This document shows positions 60,322-64,000 of a stretch of DNA of 64,000 bases, one piece after another; position 1 is the first letter of the stretch; every line of letters starts with the position of its first letter. The stretch lies in assembly GCF_032444005.1 (NCBI RefSeq), contig NC_091288.1, positions 42,098,001 to 42,162,000 of the forward strand, given 5' to 3'. The stretch comes from Ranitomeya imitator (lineage: Eukaryota). The translations under genes were made by a program, and so were the position numbers. Under the pieces are notes generated by a model. The model did no database searches. It was given only the letters and a program-made list of their open reading frames with translations, and was not told the origin of the DNA.

Positions 60322-61341
60322 GGCCTGTCCCACACGTCCAGATAATTCCGGTACCGGAAAAATCGGTACCGGAGTTATCCGTGTCCTTGTGTACGTAAGC
60401 TCACGTGGCACATCAGTGTGGCACACGTGCGGCAGCCGTGTGCCGACTGGGTACCACACGGATCGTGCAGGAGACAGCTCTACAGTAAGCGCTGTCCCCT
60501 GCTTTGGGTGCTGAAACCGCCATTCATTTCTTCTCTCCAGCAGCGTTTGCTGGAGAGAAGATATGAAAAATCATTGTTTTTTGTTTTTTTTTGCGGTTGA
60601 AATAAAGATCTTTGTCACCACCCCCCTCCCACCCCCTGTGCGCCCGCCCACTGTTAATAAAATACTCACCCGGCTCCCTCAAAGCATCCTCTCCGCGCCG
60701 CAGCTTCTCCTGTATGAGCGGTCACGTGGTGCCGCCCATTACAGTGATGAATATGAGGCTTCACCTCCCATAGGGGTGGAGCCGCATATTCATCACTGTA
60801 ATGGGCGGCACCACGTAACCGCTCATACAGGAGAAGCTGCGGCGCGGAGAGGACGCTTTGAGGGAGCCGGGTGAGTATTTTTTTTTTAACAGCGGGCGGG
60901 CGCACAGGGGGTGGGAGGGGGGTTGGTGACAAACATCTTTATTTCAACCGCAAAAAACCCCAAAAAACAATGATTTTTCATATCTTCTCTCCAGCGAACG
61001 CTGCTTGAGAGAAGAAATGAATGGCGGCTTCAGCACCACGCTGGGGGGACAGCGCATACTGTAGCGCTGTCTCCTGCAGGCACACGGACGGCACATGGAC
61101 AGCATCCATGTGCAGTACATGTTTTACACGGACCCATTGACTTTAATGGGTCCGTGTGATCCGTGCGCTCCCACGAACACTGACATGTCTCCGTGTTTTG
61201 CACACGGACACACGGTCTGTGAAAACATGCAGACATGTGCAGAGACACATTGATTTTAATGTATCTACATGAGTCAGTGTCTCTGGTACGTGAGGAAACT
61301 GTCACCTCACGTACCGGAGCCACTGACGTGTGAAACCGGCC
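60322..61341. mobile_element. 1-kb Harbinger-type element with large inverted arms
   Basis: GGCCTGTCCCACACG / CGTGTGAAACCGGCC ends. The arms at about 60470-60760 and 60770-61080 are inverted and related to 15057-16588. Confidence 0.7.
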
Positions 61342-61415
61342 TCACTCGTAATGCACACTCTGTGAGGATTTACAAGTCTGCAGTCATGTAAAGTGACTGC
61401 AAACTTGTACCCTAA

Positions 61416-61754
61416 GGCTGGGTTCACATTGTGTTAGTGCAGTCCGTTCAACACATACGTTAAACGGACTGCGCTGACACAAGTGCCGACTTTGCACAGC
61501 GCTAGCGCAGATGGAGCATCTGCTAGCTCCATCTGCGCTAGCGGTGACGGACCCGGAATTGCTGCAGCCCGCGCCTCAGGTCCGTCACTCAATGTTGGAT
61601 GCATCGCTAGCGCACGCCCATTGTGGGCGTGCGCTAGCGATGTGTCCAACATTGCATTCAATGGCGCCGTTAACGGACTACGTTACACCGCGTTATGCCT
61701 CGGTGTAAACGTAGTCCGTTTAACGGAGACACTGAACGCAATGTGAACCTAGCC
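61416..61754. mobile_element. Harbinger-type MITE
   Basis: GGCTGGGTTCACATTG / CAATGTGAACCTAGCC, TAA TSD. Confidence 0.8.
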
Positions 61755-61894
61755 TAAGACTGGGCAAACCCTTTAGAGAAGTTATCCACTTTCATGATAC
61801 TGACATCTATCCTATATCTGTGATTGTCCCTACATATGGAGCTTCCTAAGTTTGTCCATTCTGTTTCTTTTTTACTTGAAGTGATGCACATTTA

Positions 61895-62325
61895 GGGTAA
61901 GTTCACACAGGGCATTTTTGCTGCTTTTTTTTCTGCAGCAAAACCTGATCTTCTTGGCAGGAAAGAAGCTGCATCAAAAACGCAGGTTTAGGTGCGTTTT
62001 TGGTGTGGTTTTTTTTCTCTTTGTCCAATGCTAATGTCCTTGCATTTTCAGCAGCAAAAACGCAGCAAATAGTGATACCTGCGTTTTTGTTGCGTTTTTT
62101 TCAACACCCATTCAAGTCAATGGGTGAAAAAACGCAGCCAAAACGCTGAAAGATGTGACATGCTCTATGTCCAAAAAATGCAGCAAAGCACAAAATACTG
62201 ATCAAACAAAAAACCAATGTGTGTGCATGAGATTTCTGAAATCTCATAGGCTTTGCTGGTATTGTAAAAAGCAGCTGAAAACTAGCAAAAAAAACGGAGC
62301 AAAAACGCCCTGTGTGAACTTACCC
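61895..62325. mobile_element. Harbinger-type MITE (chain member 1)
   Basis: GGGTAAGTTCACACAGGGC / GCCCTGTGTGAACTTACCC, TTA TSD. Confidence 0.85.
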
Positions 62326-62328
62326 TTA

Positions 62329-62523
62329 GGCTGCCGTCACACTATCAGTATTTGGTCAGTATTTTACATCAGTATTTGTAAGCCAAAACCAGGAGTGGGT
62401 GATAAATGCAGAAGTGGTGCATATGTTTCTATTATACTTTTCCTCTATTTGTTCCACTCCTGGTTTTGGCTACAAATACTGAAGGAAAAAAATTGACGAA
62501 ATACTGCTAGTGTGACGGCAGCC
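62329..62523. mobile_element. Harbinger-type MITE (chain member 2)
   Basis: GGCTGCCGTCACACT / AGTGTGACGGCAGCC, TTA flanks. Confidence 0.85.
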
Positions 62524-62526
62524 TTA

Positions 62527-63263
62527 GGCTACCGTCACACTAAGCGACGCTGCAGCGATACCGACAACGATGTCGATTGCTGCAGCATCGCTGTTTGGTC
62601 GCTGGAGAGCTGTCACACAGACAGCTCTCCAGCGACCAACGATCCCGAGGTCCCCGGTAACCAGGGTAAACATCGGGTTACTAAGCGCAGGGCCGCGCTT
62701 AGTAACCCGATGTTTACCATGGTTACCAGCGTAAACGTTAAAAAAACAAACACTACATACCGTACTTACCTTCCGTGTCTGTCCTCCGGCGCTCTGCTTT
62801 CCTCTGCACTGTCAGCGCCAGTCAACCGTAAAGCAGAGCGGTGATGTCACCGCTGTGCTTTCCGGCTGGCCGGCGCTGACACAGGATGCAGGAGTGCAGA
62901 GAAGCACAGCGCCGGGGACAGACAGCTGAAGGTAAGTATGTAGTGTTTGTTTTTTTAACGTTTACGCTGGTAACCAGGGTAAACATCGGGTTACTAAGCG
63001 CGGCCCTGCGCTTAGTAACCCGATGTTTACCCTGGTTACCAGTGAAGACATCGCTGAATCGCCGTCACACACGCCGATCCAGCGATGTCAGCGGGAAGTC
63101 CAGCGACAAAATAAAGTGCTGGACTTTCCTCAGCGACCAACGATCTCCCAGCAGGGGCCTGATCGTTGGTCGCTGTCACACATAACGATTTCCTTAACGA
63201 TATCGTTGCTACGTCACAAAAAACAACGATATCGTTAACGATATCGTTATGTGTGACGGTACC
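62527..63263. mobile_element. Harbinger-type palindromic MITE (chain member 3)
   Basis: GGCTACCGTCACAC / GTGTGACGGTACC ends with multiple internal palindromes. Confidence 0.75.
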
Positions 63264-64000
63264 TTTAGAAGGGTATTTTTTATGTAGACAGACACTTTTC
63301 AAAAACAAGCCTTGGGGGCAAGGTATATTAGTATACGGTGGCCACTCAAATGAATGTAACATGTAGACAGATAAGGTCTACTAGGATGAGAACCAGTCTT
63401 GCAAGCAGCTCACTCACCACCTTGATTCTCCCCTCTGCTATATATATATATATACCCTAAAGGGGCCTATGGGCAGAGGATTTGTTTTTTTGTTTTGTGA
63501 GACAACTCCAAAATACAGTACATATCTTTCTGTCAATTACTAATTTTGGCCTCTGTCCTTGATTATCTAGAGACTGTGATGAGTATATGTTCACATCTCT
63601 ATAGAAAAATTCTGCCATATATCAATGCATTTTCCATGTTATAAATATGCATGCGTTTTATGCATGTTTTTTCATGTAAATGTAGATGGAAATTGCTCCT
63701 ATTCAGTTGAAATGCGTGACATCTGCAACTAATCTTCGAGATACAAGGTACACAGCATTCTTTAAAAAATGCAATAATTATTTCCATAATGTCAGGCTGG
63801 GATTTAAAAAAATTTATTTCAATTAAATATTTAATTCTCTTTTTTTTGGGAAGGGGGGGGGGGTGGGGGGGTGCAGAAGTGTGAAATTCTGCACTGAAGA
63901 TAAGCACCCATATATATATATATTTCCCATTTTTAGCTTTTCTTGTGGGAACTGCAGAAAATATTTTCCTAAAAGCCTGATAACCAAACATATAATAACA

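Larger units (their letters stand above)
59875..61775. mobile_element. T2-type MITE split by three Harbinger-type MITEs
   Basis: The left half (59875-60120) and right half (61342-61412 and 61758-61775) match the 59100-59427 family. Confidence 0.5.

Noticed and set aside
63411-63460. (TA)n followed by a minus-strand GTG|GTGAGT donor as a possible first exon
   Set aside because: A TA microsatellite mimics a TATA box, and a single donor match is insufficient.

Overview
64 kb of transposon-saturated vertebrate DNA, most likely an anuran (frog) genome; that assignment is an inference from the T2/Kolobok-type, Harbinger-type and piggyBac-type MITE families, not a database match. I recognise no intact host protein-coding gene. 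The main contents are: (1) a structurally complete DIRS1 tyrosine-recombinase retrotransposon on the minus strand (5204-10690) with both ITRs, the ICR and decayed gag, RT, RNase H, MT and YR frames; (2) two recent full-length chromodomain Gypsy (Tf1/sushi-type) LTR elements (41422-47189 and 52427-58152); (3) three solo LTRs of a third family; (4) several Tc1/mariner elements, including a DD41D copy and nested DD34E copies; (5) two non-autonomous Helitrons carrying minisatellites; (6) Penelope-like, L2 and RTE fragments; (7) about 20 MITEs; (8) a CpG-island promoter near 18.8-19.3 kb with only tentative non-coding exons. The most interesting observations are a phase-0 GT-AG intron that appears to complete the DIRS gag ORF and add its zinc finger, covarying self-priming (tRNA-independent) primer-binding sites in both Gypsy elements, and matching 6-bp target-site duplications for both Gypsy insertions. 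All alignments, counts and coordinates were done by eye.
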